A DNA stretch of 63,377 nucleotides, the filler included, from Candidatus Woesearchaeota archaeon (GTDB lineage: Archaea > Nanobdellota > Nanobdellia > Woesearchaeales > WJIZ01): the NCBI GenBank assembly GCA_018221205.1. It is 4 parts of 4 records of this genome, joined end to end, with 100 filler letters (N's around TTAATTAATTAA, not from the genome) between each part and the next. Parts side by side here need not be neighbours in the genome. Positions count along the whole stretch, not along the records: positions 13,707 to 36,394 come from JAAOYF010000030.1; positions 36,495 to 57,562 come from JAAOYF010000031.1; 2 more parts are not named here. The stretch is one strand, 5' to 3'. The translations under genes were made by a program, and so were the position numbers. This document shows positions 27,559 through 37,100 of this stretch, one piece after another. The first letter of the stretch is position 1. Each line of letters starts with the position of its first letter. The notes beneath the pieces are model-generated. The model made no database searches. It was not told the DNA's origin and was given only the letters and a program-made list of their open reading frames with translations.

Positions 27559-28760
27559 AATGCTTCTTTAGTCTCTTTTCCGCTGGATAGGTCCTTGACA
27601 GTATACTTTCCTGTCTTTATCTCTTCTTCACCCACAAGAATGACCTTTCTTGCCTTGATCTTATTCGCATATTTCAGTTGATTGCCCAGATTCCGCTCCA
27701 TGAGATCGATATCCACAGCATATTTGTCCCGTAATCTTGAAGCAAGCTTCATCGCTTCAGGAATCTCTTTCTTCGAGACCGCTGCTATATAATAATCAAC
27801 ACCTTCTCCTGACCGAGGCAGAAGCTCTTTCTCTTTGAGGAGCAATGCTAAAGTCGCATAACCTACTGCAAAGCCAGTAGCAGGGGCCTTCTGTCCGCCG
27901 AACAGCCCGACTAGATCATCATATCTCCCACCACCTAAGATAGATCTGAATTTATTTTCCCGATCAAATATCTCAAAGACGATTCCAGTATAATAGGCCA
28001 GTCCCCTGGCTGTGGAAAGGTCAAATTTCACATATTTTTTCTTGTCGCCGAGCAGTTTAAGGATAGTTTTTATTTCATCTGCCTCTGGACCGAGATCATC
28101 CAACTGTTTAGTAAAGAGTTCAGACACTTTACGGGCATCTACTCCATCTTTTTTCAGCTCTTCTTCAAATGCAGCCTCAGATATCTTTGCTTTCTTGTCG
28201 ATGGTCCTGATGACATCTTCCATCTTATTTTCAGGGACAAACTCAGAAAGCAATGCTTGCAAGAGCTTCCTGCTGTTCAGCTTCAGATAAAAGTCATTCT
28301 CTGTCAATCCTAGATCAGTCAAGCAGTCGATAGCTAAGGAGATGATTTCGACATCTGCGACAATGCTGTCTGCACCGAATAGCTCAACACTTAATTGATA
28401 GAACTCCCGTAATCTTCCTTTTTGGGGTTGCTCATATCTCCACATCCTGTCTATCGCAAACCATTTCACCGGCTTGGTGATGGATTTCTGCTGCTCCATG
28501 AACATTCTGGTTAAAGGGACAGTCAGATCAAATTTCAAGCCAAGCTGCTCATTGCTTCTTTTCTCTAAAGAAAAGATCTGCCCGGTTATCTCCTCACCTT
28601 CTTTCCTTGATAGCAGACTTATGCTTTCAAAAGCCGGACTGCTCACTTCTTTGTAGCCATAACGGATAGAGGTCTTCCTCAGAGAATCAAAGATCCTGTT
28701 CCTTATTTCCATATCCTGTGGGTAAAAATCCTCAGTACCCTTCGGCTTTTGAAATGACAT
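27555..28760 (-). CDS. hisS: Histidine--tRNA ligase
   Basis: KPKGTEDF, DLTVP, WRYEQPQKGRLREFYQ, ARGLAYYTG, GGGRYD. Confidence 0.97.
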   Translation of the reverse strand: MSFQKPKGTEDFYPQDMEIRNRIFDSLRKTSIRYGYKEVSSPAFESISLLSRKEGEEITGQIFSLEKRSNEQLGLKFDLTVPLTRMFMEQQKSITKPVKWFAIDRMWRYEQPQKGRLREFYQLSVELFGADSIVADVEIISLAIDCLTDLGLTENDFYLKLNSRKLLQALLSEFVPENKMEDVIRTIDKKAKISEAAFEEELKKDGVDARKVSELFTKQLDDLGPEADEIKTILKLLGDKKKYVKFDLSTARGLAYYTGIVFEIFDRENKFRSILGGGRYDDLVGLFGGQKAPATGFAVGYATLALLLKEKELLPRSGEGVDYYIAAVSKKEIPEAMKLASRLRDKYAVDIDLMERNLGNQLKYANKIKARKVILVGEEEIKTGKYTVKDLSSGKETKEAF

Positions 28761-28864
28761 ATGTTCTTTGACTCTATCGAGATATATAAAGCTTTTGCGC
28801 AAGCGTTAGCTTTATAAACTGTCAATCAGCTAGGAGCTTGAAAAAGAGGTTCTAGAGGTATTAT

Positions 28865-29269
28865 ATGGGTTACCGACCAACAGAGAAAGCTACAGGAGTA
28901 CCATTCAGAGAGAAACATCTCTATATTGGCATATGGAGAAACGATGATGGTAGCAGATCAATACCTGAAAGAGGACAAGTTGCAGGACGTTTCGGCCAGC
29001 CAGGATTAGATTCTTATGTCTTCCTCCAAAGGAACTCTTCTACTCAACATGGAAGAGTGCGTGTTGGTTACGATGATATAAAAGGGATCAGATATAGTCT
29101 CCATGACATTGTGCGTGTCGCCCTTAGCAGGGATGATCCAGAAGTGATTGTTGTAGAAACTCATGCCCAAAGAAAAAAGATTGAAGACATTGTCCGTTAT
29201 TACGGTGGTCGGGTAGAAATGCTGAGTGAAAGAGAAAGAAGAATGCATTTCCCCCCTTCAGAAAATTAA
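28865..29269 (+). CDS. Hypothetical protein
   Basis: ORF with GAGGT RBS-like site and upstream TTTATAAA; no recognised motif. Confidence 0.6.
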   Translation: MGYRPTEKATGVPFREKHLYIGIWRNDDGSRSIPERGQVAGRFGQPGLDSYVFLQRNSSTQHGRVRVGYDDIKGIRYSLHDIVRVALSRDDPEVIVVETHAQRKKIEDIVRYYGGRVEMLSERERRMHFPPSEN

Positions 29270-29272
29270 GAA

Positions 29273-30805
29273 TCATTCATATTCTATAGTTCCAGGAGGT
29301 TTTTGTGTGATGTCATACACGACTCTGTTAACTCCCTTGACTTCATTCACAATCCTCGAAGAAATTTTCTCTAATAAATCTGAAGGCAATTTTGCCCAGT
29401 CTGCAGTCATCGCATCTATTGACGTTACTGCTCTGAGAGAGATGATATATTCATATGTTCTCGAATCTCCCATCACTCCCACTGACTTTACAGGAAACAA
29501 AGCAGCAAAAGCCTGCCACGTCTTGTCATAATAGCCTGATCTCTTCAATTCCTCAAGATAGATAGCATCGGCCTCTTGTAAGATAGCGACTCTTTCATTG
29601 GTGATCTCCCCTAAGATCCTGATCGCCAAACCGGGCCCTGGGAAAGGATGCCTGCCGAGTATCTTTGCAGGAATGCCCAATTCCTTGCCCAGTTCCCTTA
29701 CTCCATCTTTGTAGAACTCTTTCAATGGCTCGATGACTTTCAGATTCATCTTCTCAGGCAGCGTGACATTATGATGGCTTTTGATCTTGGAAGCTTGCTT
29801 ATTCGGCTGTGCGCTTTCAATCCTATCCGGATAGATCGTTCCTTGCCCTAAAAATTTGATTTTTGGATATTTCTTCTCAAGTTCTTTTGTTTTTTTCTCA
29901 AAGACCTCGATAAAAGTATGTCCGATGATCTTCCGTTTCTTTTCAGGATCTGAAACACCTTTCAGTCTGCTCAAAAAGATCTTAGAAGCATCGACAGAAT
30001 AATAATGCTTGAACTGGAAATTATCTTTGTATGCCTTATCTACTTCCTCTTTTTCATTCTTGCGGACCAGGCCATGATCAATGAAGATACAATGCAATCT
30101 ATTTCCGATAGCCTCATGCAGTAAAACTGCAGCAACAGTTGAGTCGACTCCGCCTGATGTGCCCATCAGTACTTCATCATCCCCCACAGTATCTTTGATT
30201 TCTTTTATCAGCCTTTTCTTCATGCTGCCGATATTATAGTCTTTCTTGGCCTTGCAGATATCAAAAAGAAAATTGCTCAGGATCTTCATCCCTCTCTCAG
30301 TATGGACGACCTCTGGATGGAATTGAACACCATAGATTTTTTTCTTATTGCTCTCGATCGAAGCCATTTTGCAGCTTTTCGTAGAAGCGATGATATCAAA
30401 ATCTTTCAGATTCGTGATGGCATCTCCATGGCTCATCCACACCTGTTCCTTTTTCTTCAGTCCTTTTAGCAATTTGCCTGTCTTCTTGACATTCAGGATA
30501 GCTTTCCCATATTCCTTGATCAGATGATTCTCAACTTTGCCGAATCTCTTGCCTATCAATTGCAGCCCATAACAGATGCCCAAGATAGGGATGCCTAGAT
30601 CAAATACCTTTGGATCAAGTTTAGGTGCATTCTTCTCATACACAGAATCAGGCCCTCCAGACAGGATGATGCCTACAGGCTTCATCGCTTTAAGCTTTTG
30701 AGCAGAGATATCGCTTGGAACAATCTCAGAATAAACACCTAGCTGTCGCACCCTTCTTGCTATCAGATGCGCCACTTGAGAACCGAAATTGATCACTATC
30801 AGCAT
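29273..30805 (-). CDS. guaA: GMP synthase, fused GATase + synthetase
   Basis: SGGP, GICYG, MSHGD, QFHPEV, SGGVDS, GTIYPD, IKSHHN, PFPGPGL, KPPGTIEYE. Confidence 0.97.
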   Translation of the reverse strand: MLIVINFGSQVAHLIARRVRQLGVYSEIVPSDISAQKLKAMKPVGIILSGGPDSVYEKNAPKLDPKVFDLGIPILGICYGLQLIGKRFGKVENHLIKEYGKAILNVKKTGKLLKGLKKKEQVWMSHGDAITNLKDFDIIASTKSCKMASIESNKKKIYGVQFHPEVVHTERGMKILSNFLFDICKAKKDYNIGSMKKRLIKEIKDTVGDDEVLMGTSGGVDSTVAAVLLHEAIGNRLHCIFIDHGLVRKNEKEEVDKAYKDNFQFKHYYSVDASKIFLSRLKGVSDPEKKRKIIGHTFIEVFEKKTKELEKKYPKIKFLGQGTIYPDRIESAQPNKQASKIKSHHNVTLPEKMNLKVIEPLKEFYKDGVRELGKELGIPAKILGRHPFPGPGLAIRILGEITNERVAILQEADAIYLEELKRSGYYDKTWQAFAALFPVKSVGVMGDSRTYEYIISLRAVTSIDAMTADWAKLPSDLLEKISSRIVNEVKGVNRVVYDITQKPPGTIEYE

Positions 30806-30914
30806 ACCGAGGGAAAGGAATACCGCTATAAAAAGCTATTGGTCAGCTATTTCACTATCACACAGTAATGAAAATATGGAAAGATTTATAAAGGGATTTG
30901 GATTGCATCAATAT

Positions 30915-31307
30915 ATGAATGATTTACACACCCCGATCATGAGAAGATATAGTATTAGTGATAATGCTTCTTTACCTATGGGTTCAGATATCCAGGACCA
31001 ACCAGAATATAATGCTATTTATACTGCCATAAGAACAAGGGCACTTATTCCTACAATCAAAAAAGATGAGATTTTATTGGGCGAGGGTGCAGTCATATTA
31101 TATGATAAAGATGGGCTTTCGTTACATGTTAGTCCGACCAATGTACAACGGGACTGGTCACAATTTGCAACTGATATTGTAGCACTGATTGATCCAATAA
31201 ATGACCATAGTGAAGAAGAAGTAATAAGTCCAGATACATCCACTTTCAGAGAAAAACATCCAAGACTAGGACAAATTGTTAGTGCAATGACATTTGGCAA
31301 ATTCTAA
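30915..31307 (+). CDS. Hypothetical protein
   Basis: ATG about 23 nt after GAAAGATTTATAAA (30879-30892); no recognised motif. Confidence 0.6.
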   Translation: MNDLHTPIMRRYSISDNASLPMGSDIQDQPEYNAIYTAIRTRALIPTIKKDEILLGEGAVILYDKDGLSLHVSPTNVQRDWSQFATDIVALIDPINDHSEEEVISPDTSTFREKHPRLGQIVSAMTFGKF

Positions 31308-31357
31308 AAAAACCTAAATTCAACAAATTATTTAAACTTCACTTCTAAAAGCTGCTT

Positions 31358-31969
31358 ATGAAAAAAATAATCTATCTCGGTTTGTTTATCTTGCTGTTTT
31401 CCTTTGTTTCAGCAGAATGCTTGGATTCTGACAACGACGGCTTTACAACGTGTAAAAACGACTGCAATGACCAAGATGCTTTAATCAACCCTGCTGCTAC
31501 TGAGTTATGCGGTGATGGCATCGATAATGACTGCAATACGCAGATTGATGAAAATTGTCCGCCAGAAGAGACATTCATAGAATCATGCGGCAACTTAGTT
31601 TTAGAGCCAGAAAAGGGTGAAGAATGCGAAGTCAAGGAGCATTGTATCGAGGATATCGAACAGAGGGATTTGTACATCTGTACTCGATGTGAGTGCTGGC
31701 TATTGGTTGATGACGAACCTCCGGTGAGAGATCCGCAAGACCCTGAAGGTCCTCCTGGTGCGGTCTGTACAAACCATGTCGCTAACTACAATATCGGCGG
31801 AGGCAATTTCCGAATGCAACAATGCTGCTCAGTAGATAGAAATGCGCCTTGTTCGAATCCCGATGAGGTATGTATGCCATCAGCGACTGCCTGTATCGGT
31901 GGCGGACGAGTGCCTGGTAACTGTGGAACGTGTGTACCCAAGAATACAGCAAAGATGATGGAAGCATAG
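31358..31969 (+). CDS. Secreted Cys-rich protein with MopE-like repeat; frame continues past TAG to 32068
   Basis: Signal peptide; DSDNDG..DCND....INPAATELCGDGIDNDC; CGN..GEEC; QCC..CGTC shared with the 17994-20417 protein. Confidence 0.85.
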   Translation: MKKIIYLGLFILLFSFVSAECLDSDNDGFTTCKNDCNDQDALINPAATELCGDGIDNDCNTQIDENCPPEETFIESCGNLVLEPEKGEECEVKEHCIEDIEQRDLYICTRCECWLLVDDEPPVRDPQDPEGPPGAVCTNHVANYNIGGGNFRMQQCCSVDRNAPCSNPDEVCMPSATACIGGGRVPGNCGTCVPKNTAKMMEA

Positions 31970-32065
31970 TATGATATTGACGAAGTTCAGCCAATTGGAG
32001 AAAGATTCGCTCCCGAAGAAGGCCTCCTCGTGAAGATCTGGAGCTGGTTTGTAAGCATATTTAGT

Positions 32066-32079
32066 TGATGGACTGGCCG
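32066..32079 (-). repeat. 14-bp direct repeat, copy 1 (tRNA 3'-end-like att site)
   Basis: TGATGGACTGGCCG, identical at 32941-32954; reverse complement CGG-CCAGTCC-A-TCA. Confidence 0.7.
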
Positions 32080-32097
32080 ATTGTGAGGGGCATCAGG

Positions 32098-32232
32098 TCA
32101 TTTTGGAGTAACAGTTGGATGAATTCCAATTGAGATTAATTCCTGTTGTTTGTCTAATGGTATTAAATGCCAGCTATTTAGCAAGATTTCCTTGAAGTTT
32201 TTGGCATCTAATAGGATTTTTTGGGTTTGCAT
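32098..32232 (-). CDS. Putative 44-aa protein
   Basis: MQTQKILLDAKNFKEILLNSWHLIPLDKQQELISIGIHPTVTPK*; TATA-like TTTTATA just upstream. Confidence 0.45.
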   Translation of the reverse strand: MQTQKILLDAKNFKEILLNSWHLIPLDKQQELISIGIHPTVTPK

Positions 32233-32361
32233 GTAGATGTAAAGGATGTGATAGTATAAAAGGGGATGTCGGAATACTGATAACTTATCGGAAATTTAAT
32301 GCGAACGTAGTGAGCACATGGGTTTAATTTCCCGACCTTTAGGTCAACTTCTTAGAAATGA

Positions 32362-32880
32362 TTAACTACAATCCTTTGGACAGTTATTTTTGTCTTCAGG
32401 TCCGATACATCTATCATCACCACATCTAATACATACACTTAGATTTTGCTCATCCCAATCAGGATTAATATATTGAACTTCATTCAATCCTTCACAACAT
32501 GGAAGGGATATATTTGATAAATTGGGAAATGGCCTTCCATAGGGGATACAGATCTCTTTCCCACTACATTCATTATTTTCACAAACAGGAATAAATTCAC
32601 CAAAACGTATGCATATAGAACATTCATATCTAACCCATATAAATGATTCAACAAATAAGCTCTTACTGCTAAATGAATTATATGAATCATTAAAATCACC
32701 ATTAATTACAAACGGTTCTCCGCAGCTGCAAGGACCATATGATTCCACAAAAATACAATCAACATCTGATTGGCAAGTAAGCCAATCTGAATTAAATTTA
32801 GGAGTAAAAACACTCATCTGTAAAGCAAACCATAGAATAGAAATTGCTACAACAACTAGAACTATATATCTTACCCTCAT
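32362..32880 (-). CDS. Cys-rich membrane-anchored hypothetical protein
   Basis: N-terminal TM; CQSDVDC, CSC, CCEGL, CGDDRC..PEDKNNCPKDC; AT-rich. Confidence 0.75.
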   Translation of the reverse strand: MRVRYIVLVVVAISILWFALQMSVFTPKFNSDWLTCQSDVDCIFVESYGPCSCGEPFVINGDFNDSYNSFSSKSLFVESFIWVRYECSICIRFGEFIPVCENNECSGKEICIPYGRPFPNLSNISLPCCEGLNEVQYINPDWDEQNLSVCIRCGDDRCIGPEDKNNCPKDCS

Positions 32881-32940
32881 AATGCATAATTTAATTTACT
32901 ATTATAAAAATCTTTCAGTGTTTGAGGTCACAAAGTAATA

Positions 32941-32954
32941 TGATGGACTGGCCG
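32941..32954 (-). repeat. 14-bp direct repeat, copy 2
   Basis: TGATGGACTGGCCG identical to 32066-32079. Confidence 0.7.
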
Positions 32955-33044
32955 TCATTGGGATAGTTTTGTGACCTTACTCAGTGAAAAATAATTTTTT
33001 CTAAAGGTTATTATATTGAAATACATTGATCTATTTCAAGTTTT

Positions 33045-33776
33045 CTAATGAGTTGCTTTACTCCATTTCTCTAAAAAGAATTGTTTATGTGAATTGTAAA
33101 TAGTTTTACTCTGAATAGTAAAAGCTGTAGGCACTTCCCCCCAATCTAACTGCAGTATTTTGTTTTTGTATATTACCACAACTGTAGGTGCAGGACTATC
33201 TAAGTAACGAAGATCAGTATCTGATAGTTTGTAGATCTCTTTCATTAGATGCTTACATTTTGGGGATGCTATACCTTTTACTTTAATACCTTTTTCAACT
33301 CTCTTTAAATGAAAGTTTCTCAAAAAAAGAAGCACTTGTTCATTCTGCAATTTTTCATAAGGAAACTGAAAGAAATAATATTCCTCACCTTTTTTCATTA
33401 CTTCTAAAATATCATTAAATGCGGCTTGAATACCTTTAATGCCCTCATATATCTTTGCATTTTGCTTTGTCCTACTTAATTTTTCCATTTCATTAAGTTC
33501 TGGAATGATGTTAGAAATCTTCTTTTTCTTTTCATTAAGAAAAGAAAGTAAAATATTTGGTGACTCAGCTTGATAGAATTTAATTTTTCCTTTATGAATA
33601 TATGTAACAATCCCTTTTTCAATTAGTGAACCCAATACATGATACACTGTGCTACTTTGTAGTTTAGTTACATCAATAATCCTGCCTGTTTTGGATTGAC
33701 CTAATCTTATCAAAGCTAGATAAATTTTAGCTTCTGCCTCTGATAAACCGATTTCTTCCAATATTCTTAAGTCCAT
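33045..33776 (-). CDS. TrmB-family transcriptional regulator
   Basis: LEEIGLSEAEAKIYLALIRLG, STVYHVLGSLIEKGIV, YEGIKGI. Confidence 0.9.
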   Translation of the reverse strand: MDLRILEEIGLSEAEAKIYLALIRLGQSKTGRIIDVTKLQSSTVYHVLGSLIEKGIVTYIHKGKIKFYQAESPNILLSFLNEKKKKISNIIPELNEMEKLSRTKQNAKIYEGIKGIQAAFNDILEVMKKGEEYYFFQFPYEKLQNEQVLLFLRNFHLKRVEKGIKVKGIASPKCKHLMKEIYKLSDTDLRYLDSPAPTVVVIYKNKILQLDWGEVPTAFTIQSKTIYNSHKQFFLEKWSKATH

Positions 33777-33863
33777 ATCTCAATATAATATCTTGTTCTT
33801 TATAATACTTTCCGATATTGGAGAGTGAATATTAATAAGCCTAATCTCAACCACCATATAGTA

Positions 33864-34601
33864 ATGAAATTTGAAGATATGGATAAGAAAAGAAAAGAAC
33901 AAGTTACAAGACAAGTTGCTGAATTTAATCGTAGATTTGAAAATAGGGAAGACAGTTATGACCTTACAGATATAATTCTGACCCCAGAACTAACTCTTGA
34001 CAATTACACTATACACAAAGACGCTTTCCAATCAGACAAGATGACTTCTGTTGAGTTTGCAAGATGGGTTGCATATAACAATGGAGAATACAATGGAAAA
34101 GAAGTTATTGACATGTTTTGTGGAGGAGGAATTCAAGGCATTGTGGCCTTAATGCGCGGTGCAGCACATGCGACATTTGTTGATTATTGTGCTGAAGCAT
34201 GTCAGACTACTGTAAAGAATCTAAATCAATATGGACTAAGAGAAAGAGCCACAGTAATCCAAAGTGACCTATTTGACAATATAGTGGACAAAGCAGATCT
34301 CATAGTGGCTAATCCTCCTTTTTTCCCTTGTGAACCAGTTGAAGGTGAACCTATTTCAATCGGCATGTGTTTACCAGTTGAGAAAATGGAGGAGTTCTAC
34401 AGAAAAGCTGCTGATTATGCTCCAATGTTGGCTGCATGTCATTGGGATTTTGCTGGACCAGAAAATGATCCTGAAACATTAGGTCCAAAAACAGGATGGA
34501 AAACTACAACTCGATTGTTGATCCCCATAGGATTTGGAATACAAAAGGCAACTGAGCGAACCGATGAATACCATTTCAAAGTAAGCATGTTAGAAAGATA
34601 G
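33864..34601 (+). CDS. SAM-dependent N-methyltransferase (HemK/MTS-like, NPPF motif)
   Basis: VIDMFCGGGIQG, FVD, QSDLF, DLIVANPPFF. Confidence 0.85.
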   Translation: MKFEDMDKKRKEQVTRQVAEFNRRFENREDSYDLTDIILTPELTLDNYTIHKDAFQSDKMTSVEFARWVAYNNGEYNGKEVIDMFCGGGIQGIVALMRGAAHATFVDYCAEACQTTVKNLNQYGLRERATVIQSDLFDNIVDKADLIVANPPFFPCEPVEGEPISIGMCLPVEKMEEFYRKAADYAPMLAACHWDFAGPENDPETLGPKTGWKTTTRLLIPIGFGIQKATERTDEYHFKVSMLER

Positions 34602-34625
34602 TTAAGTTGTTGTCGAGGGTTTAAA

Positions 34626-35594
34626 ATGAAAAAAATATTTATTGCAATTGTAATGGCAGTATTGGTAGCCATATTAGGATGCACAAGTGCAGATGTAACT
34701 GGAAAGGTTGTGTTAGAACCTAAAGAGAAAGTATCAGTTAGGTTACCTATACCAGTTGTAGAAGCAGGACAAACTCCCTTTTATGTAGCAGATGATTTAG
34801 GATTCTACGATGAGGTGGGTTTAGATGTTGAATTCAATCTGGGATCTCCTGAAACAAACCCAGTCAAGATGGTTGCTTCGGGTTCAGATGATTTTGGAGT
34901 GTTAGGCGGACCAGATACTTTGCTGGTAGCAAGATCAAAAGGACAACCATTGGTTGCAGTATCTGTAATTCATAGAAACTCTGATTTCCCAGTGATACTT
35001 ACACTTAAGGATTCTGGTATTGATACACTTGAAGAATTAGAAGATAAAAAAATTGGATTTTTTTATGGACATATATCTACAGATGTATTGAGAAATCTAT
35101 TGAGCAATACAGAGTATGAAGAAATCGATGTTGGATTTGATTATAGTCAATTGATTTCAAAGAAGATAGATGCAGAATGGGCTTTTAGAGTTACAGCTGG
35201 ATTGAACTTACCGGAGAAAGGTTTAGAGATCAATACAATCTCACCAAGTGATTATGGAATCAATACACATGGCTATACTATATTTGTAACTGAAGAGATG
35301 ATAGAAGAAAGACCTGACGTAATCAAGAAATTTATAGAAGCCACTGGAAAAGGAATCCAAGCTACGTTAGATAATCCTTCAAAAGCTGTAGATACACTTG
35401 CTAAACGAAGTGACAAACTGAATAAAGAGCTGGAATACAAGAGGCTTTTGCTGTATAATGAAGTTACATCCGAAGAGATTGGTTCCATGGACTTTATTAT
35501 GTTTAAAGAGACCTATGATAGACTGAAAGAAGAGAAAGTTATTGCTAAAGACTTTGATGTAAGAGAGGCATTCACAACTGAATTTATAAAATGA
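34626..35594 (+). CDS. ABC transporter substrate-binding lipoprotein, NMT1/THI5/SsuA family
   Basis: Lipobox ILGC; PFYVADDLGFYDEVGLDVE, LEDKKIG, ERPDVIKKF. Confidence 0.88.
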   Translation: MKKIFIAIVMAVLVAILGCTSADVTGKVVLEPKEKVSVRLPIPVVEAGQTPFYVADDLGFYDEVGLDVEFNLGSPETNPVKMVASGSDDFGVLGGPDTLLVARSKGQPLVAVSVIHRNSDFPVILTLKDSGIDTLEELEDKKIGFFYGHISTDVLRNLLSNTEYEEIDVGFDYSQLISKKIDAEWAFRVTAGLNLPEKGLEINTISPSDYGINTHGYTIFVTEEMIEERPDVIKKFIEATGKGIQATLDNPSKAVDTLAKRSDKLNKELEYKRLLLYNEVTSEEIGSMDFIMFKETYDRLKEEKVIAKDFDVREAFTTEFIK

Positions 35595-36316
35595 TAACCA
35601 TCAATAATTTGGAAAAGGGATGGAGAAAGAATGGATTAGAGTTGAAAGCAATAGGAGAAATTAGCCTTTCTGTAGAGAAAGGTGAGTTTATTTCTTTTAT
35701 CGGTCCATCTGGTTGTGGAAAGACTACTTTGTTGAGATTGGTTGCTGGTCTCTTAAAACCAAGTAGAGGAGAAATCTCATATAACATGGAGAAAAGAAAC
35801 TCTGTGAAGAAATTGAGTATAGTTTTTCAAAATCCAGTTTTACTTGCCTGGAGAAATGTAGTAGAAAATGTAAATCTTCCCTTAGAATTAAGGAATAAAA
35901 AAGGTAATATTGATGATAAGCTAAAGTTAGTAGGATTGGAAAATTTCAAAGATCATTATCCTAATGAATTATCTGGAGGAGTGGCACAGAGAGTAGCAAT
36001 AGCCAGAGCATTAGTTCTTAATCCAGATCTTCTGTTAATGGACGAACCATTTGGGTCTTTAGATGAGATGAGAAGAAATAAGTTGAATCTGGAACTCCTT
36101 AAGATTCACAAAAAGATTAGGCCCACAATTATGTTTGTTACACATTCAATAAGTGAAGCAGTTCTACTCTCAAATAAGGTTGTTGTGCTATCCGATAGTC
36201 CTACCAGGATTAAAGAAATTGTTGAGATAAACCTTGATGAAAGAACAATAGCAACAAAAGAAACATTGGATTTCCAGGAGTATGTTAAATGCTTAAGAGA
36301 AAAGCTGGAGCCCTAA
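35591..36316 (+). CDS. ABC transporter ATP-binding protein (TauB/SsuB-like)
   Basis: GPSGCGKT, LSGG, LLMDEPF, FVTH. Confidence 0.93.
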   Translation: MITINNLEKGWRKNGLELKAIGEISLSVEKGEFISFIGPSGCGKTTLLRLVAGLLKPSRGEISYNMEKRNSVKKLSIVFQNPVLLAWRNVVENVNLPLELRNKKGNIDDKLKLVGLENFKDHYPNELSGGVAQRVAIARALVLNPDLLLMDEPFGSLDEMRRNKLNLELLKIHKKIRPTIMFVTHSISEAVLLSNKVVVLSDSPTRIKEIVEINLDERTIATKETLDFQEYVKCLREKLEP

Positions 36317-36394
36317 TAGTCTTTGTAGTTGCCATTGTTTTATGGTTCTTAGTAGATATAACACTTGATATAAAAGAAATTATCCTACCTAATC
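36289..36394 (+). CDS. ABC permease (SsuC/TauC-like), N-terminal fragment at contig end
   Basis: MLKRKAGALIVFVVAIVLWFLVDITLDIKEIILPN runs into the spacer; overlaps the ATPase 3' end. Confidence 0.65.
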
Positions 36395-36494
36395 NNNNNN
36401 NNNNNNNNNNNNNNNNNNNNNNNNNNNNNNNNNNNNNNTTAATTAATTAANNNNNNNNNNNNNNNNNNNNNNNNNNNNNNNNNNNNNNNNNNNN
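36395..36494. other. Artificial contig spacer
   Basis: N run with TTAATTAATTAA. Confidence 0.98.
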
Positions 36495-36533
36495 CACTCA
36501 TGAGGGAGGAAAAGCATGTCGGATTTATAAGCT

Positions 36534-37100
36534 TTACTGGTGCTGAGAACACATTTGTAAGAAGAGTTCATGGATTCTTGTGTCATCTGTCAGTTCTGGG
36601 TGGAAGGTGCAGATGAGGATGTTCTTCTGTCTTGCTAAGACGGGTGAGCTGTTATATTCTGCAAGGATCTCTACTTTTTTACCTGTTGATTCTATCCTGG
36701 GTGAGCGGATAAAGATGGAATGAAAAGGCTTGTCAAAGACTTCTAAGGTGGTCTCAAAGCTCTCCTGCTGTCGGCCGTAGGCATTTCTTTTTATTTCTAC
36801 GTCGATGAAATTGAGATGAGGCTGTGTTGATCCTTTGATCTTTTTTGAAAGCAGGATTGCGCCAGCGCATGAGCCGAAAATCGGGAAGTTTTTCTTATTT
36901 TTCTTCTCTAATTCTATCTTCAGGCCGTTCTTTACCAATAAATTTCCTATAGTGGTTGATTCACCGCCTGGAATGATAAGGCCTTTGACATCCTTCAAAT
37001 CTTTTTTCGTGCGGACTTTGACTGGTTCTACTCCTAATCGTTTCAGGATGTCCATATGCTCCCTAAAATCGCCCTGCAAGGCTAAAACGCCAATCTTCAT
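36534..37100 (-). CDS. pdxT: PLP synthase glutaminase subunit
   Basis: GVLALQGDF, PGGESTT, GSCAG, RNAYGRQ, FHPEL. Confidence 0.96.
   Translation of the reverse strand: MKIGVLALQGDFREHMDILKRLGVEPVKVRTKKDLKDVKGLIIPGGESTTIGNLLVKNGLKIELEKKNKKNFPIFGSCAGAILLSKKIKGSTQPHLNFIDVEIKRNAYGRQQESFETTLEVFDKPFHSIFIRSPRIESTGKKVEILAEYNSSPVLARQKNILICTFHPELTDDTRIHELFLQMCSQHQ

Noticed and set aside
31849..31862. GTTCGAATCC T-loop-like sequence suggesting a tRNA
   Set aside because: Lies inside a coding region (PCSNP); no T-stem pairing or cloverleaf.
31967..31969. Genome-wide TAG reassignment (alternative genetic code)
   Set aside because: Conserved genes such as lemA and the thioredoxin end at TAG at their expected C-termini, and long genes have no internal TAG.
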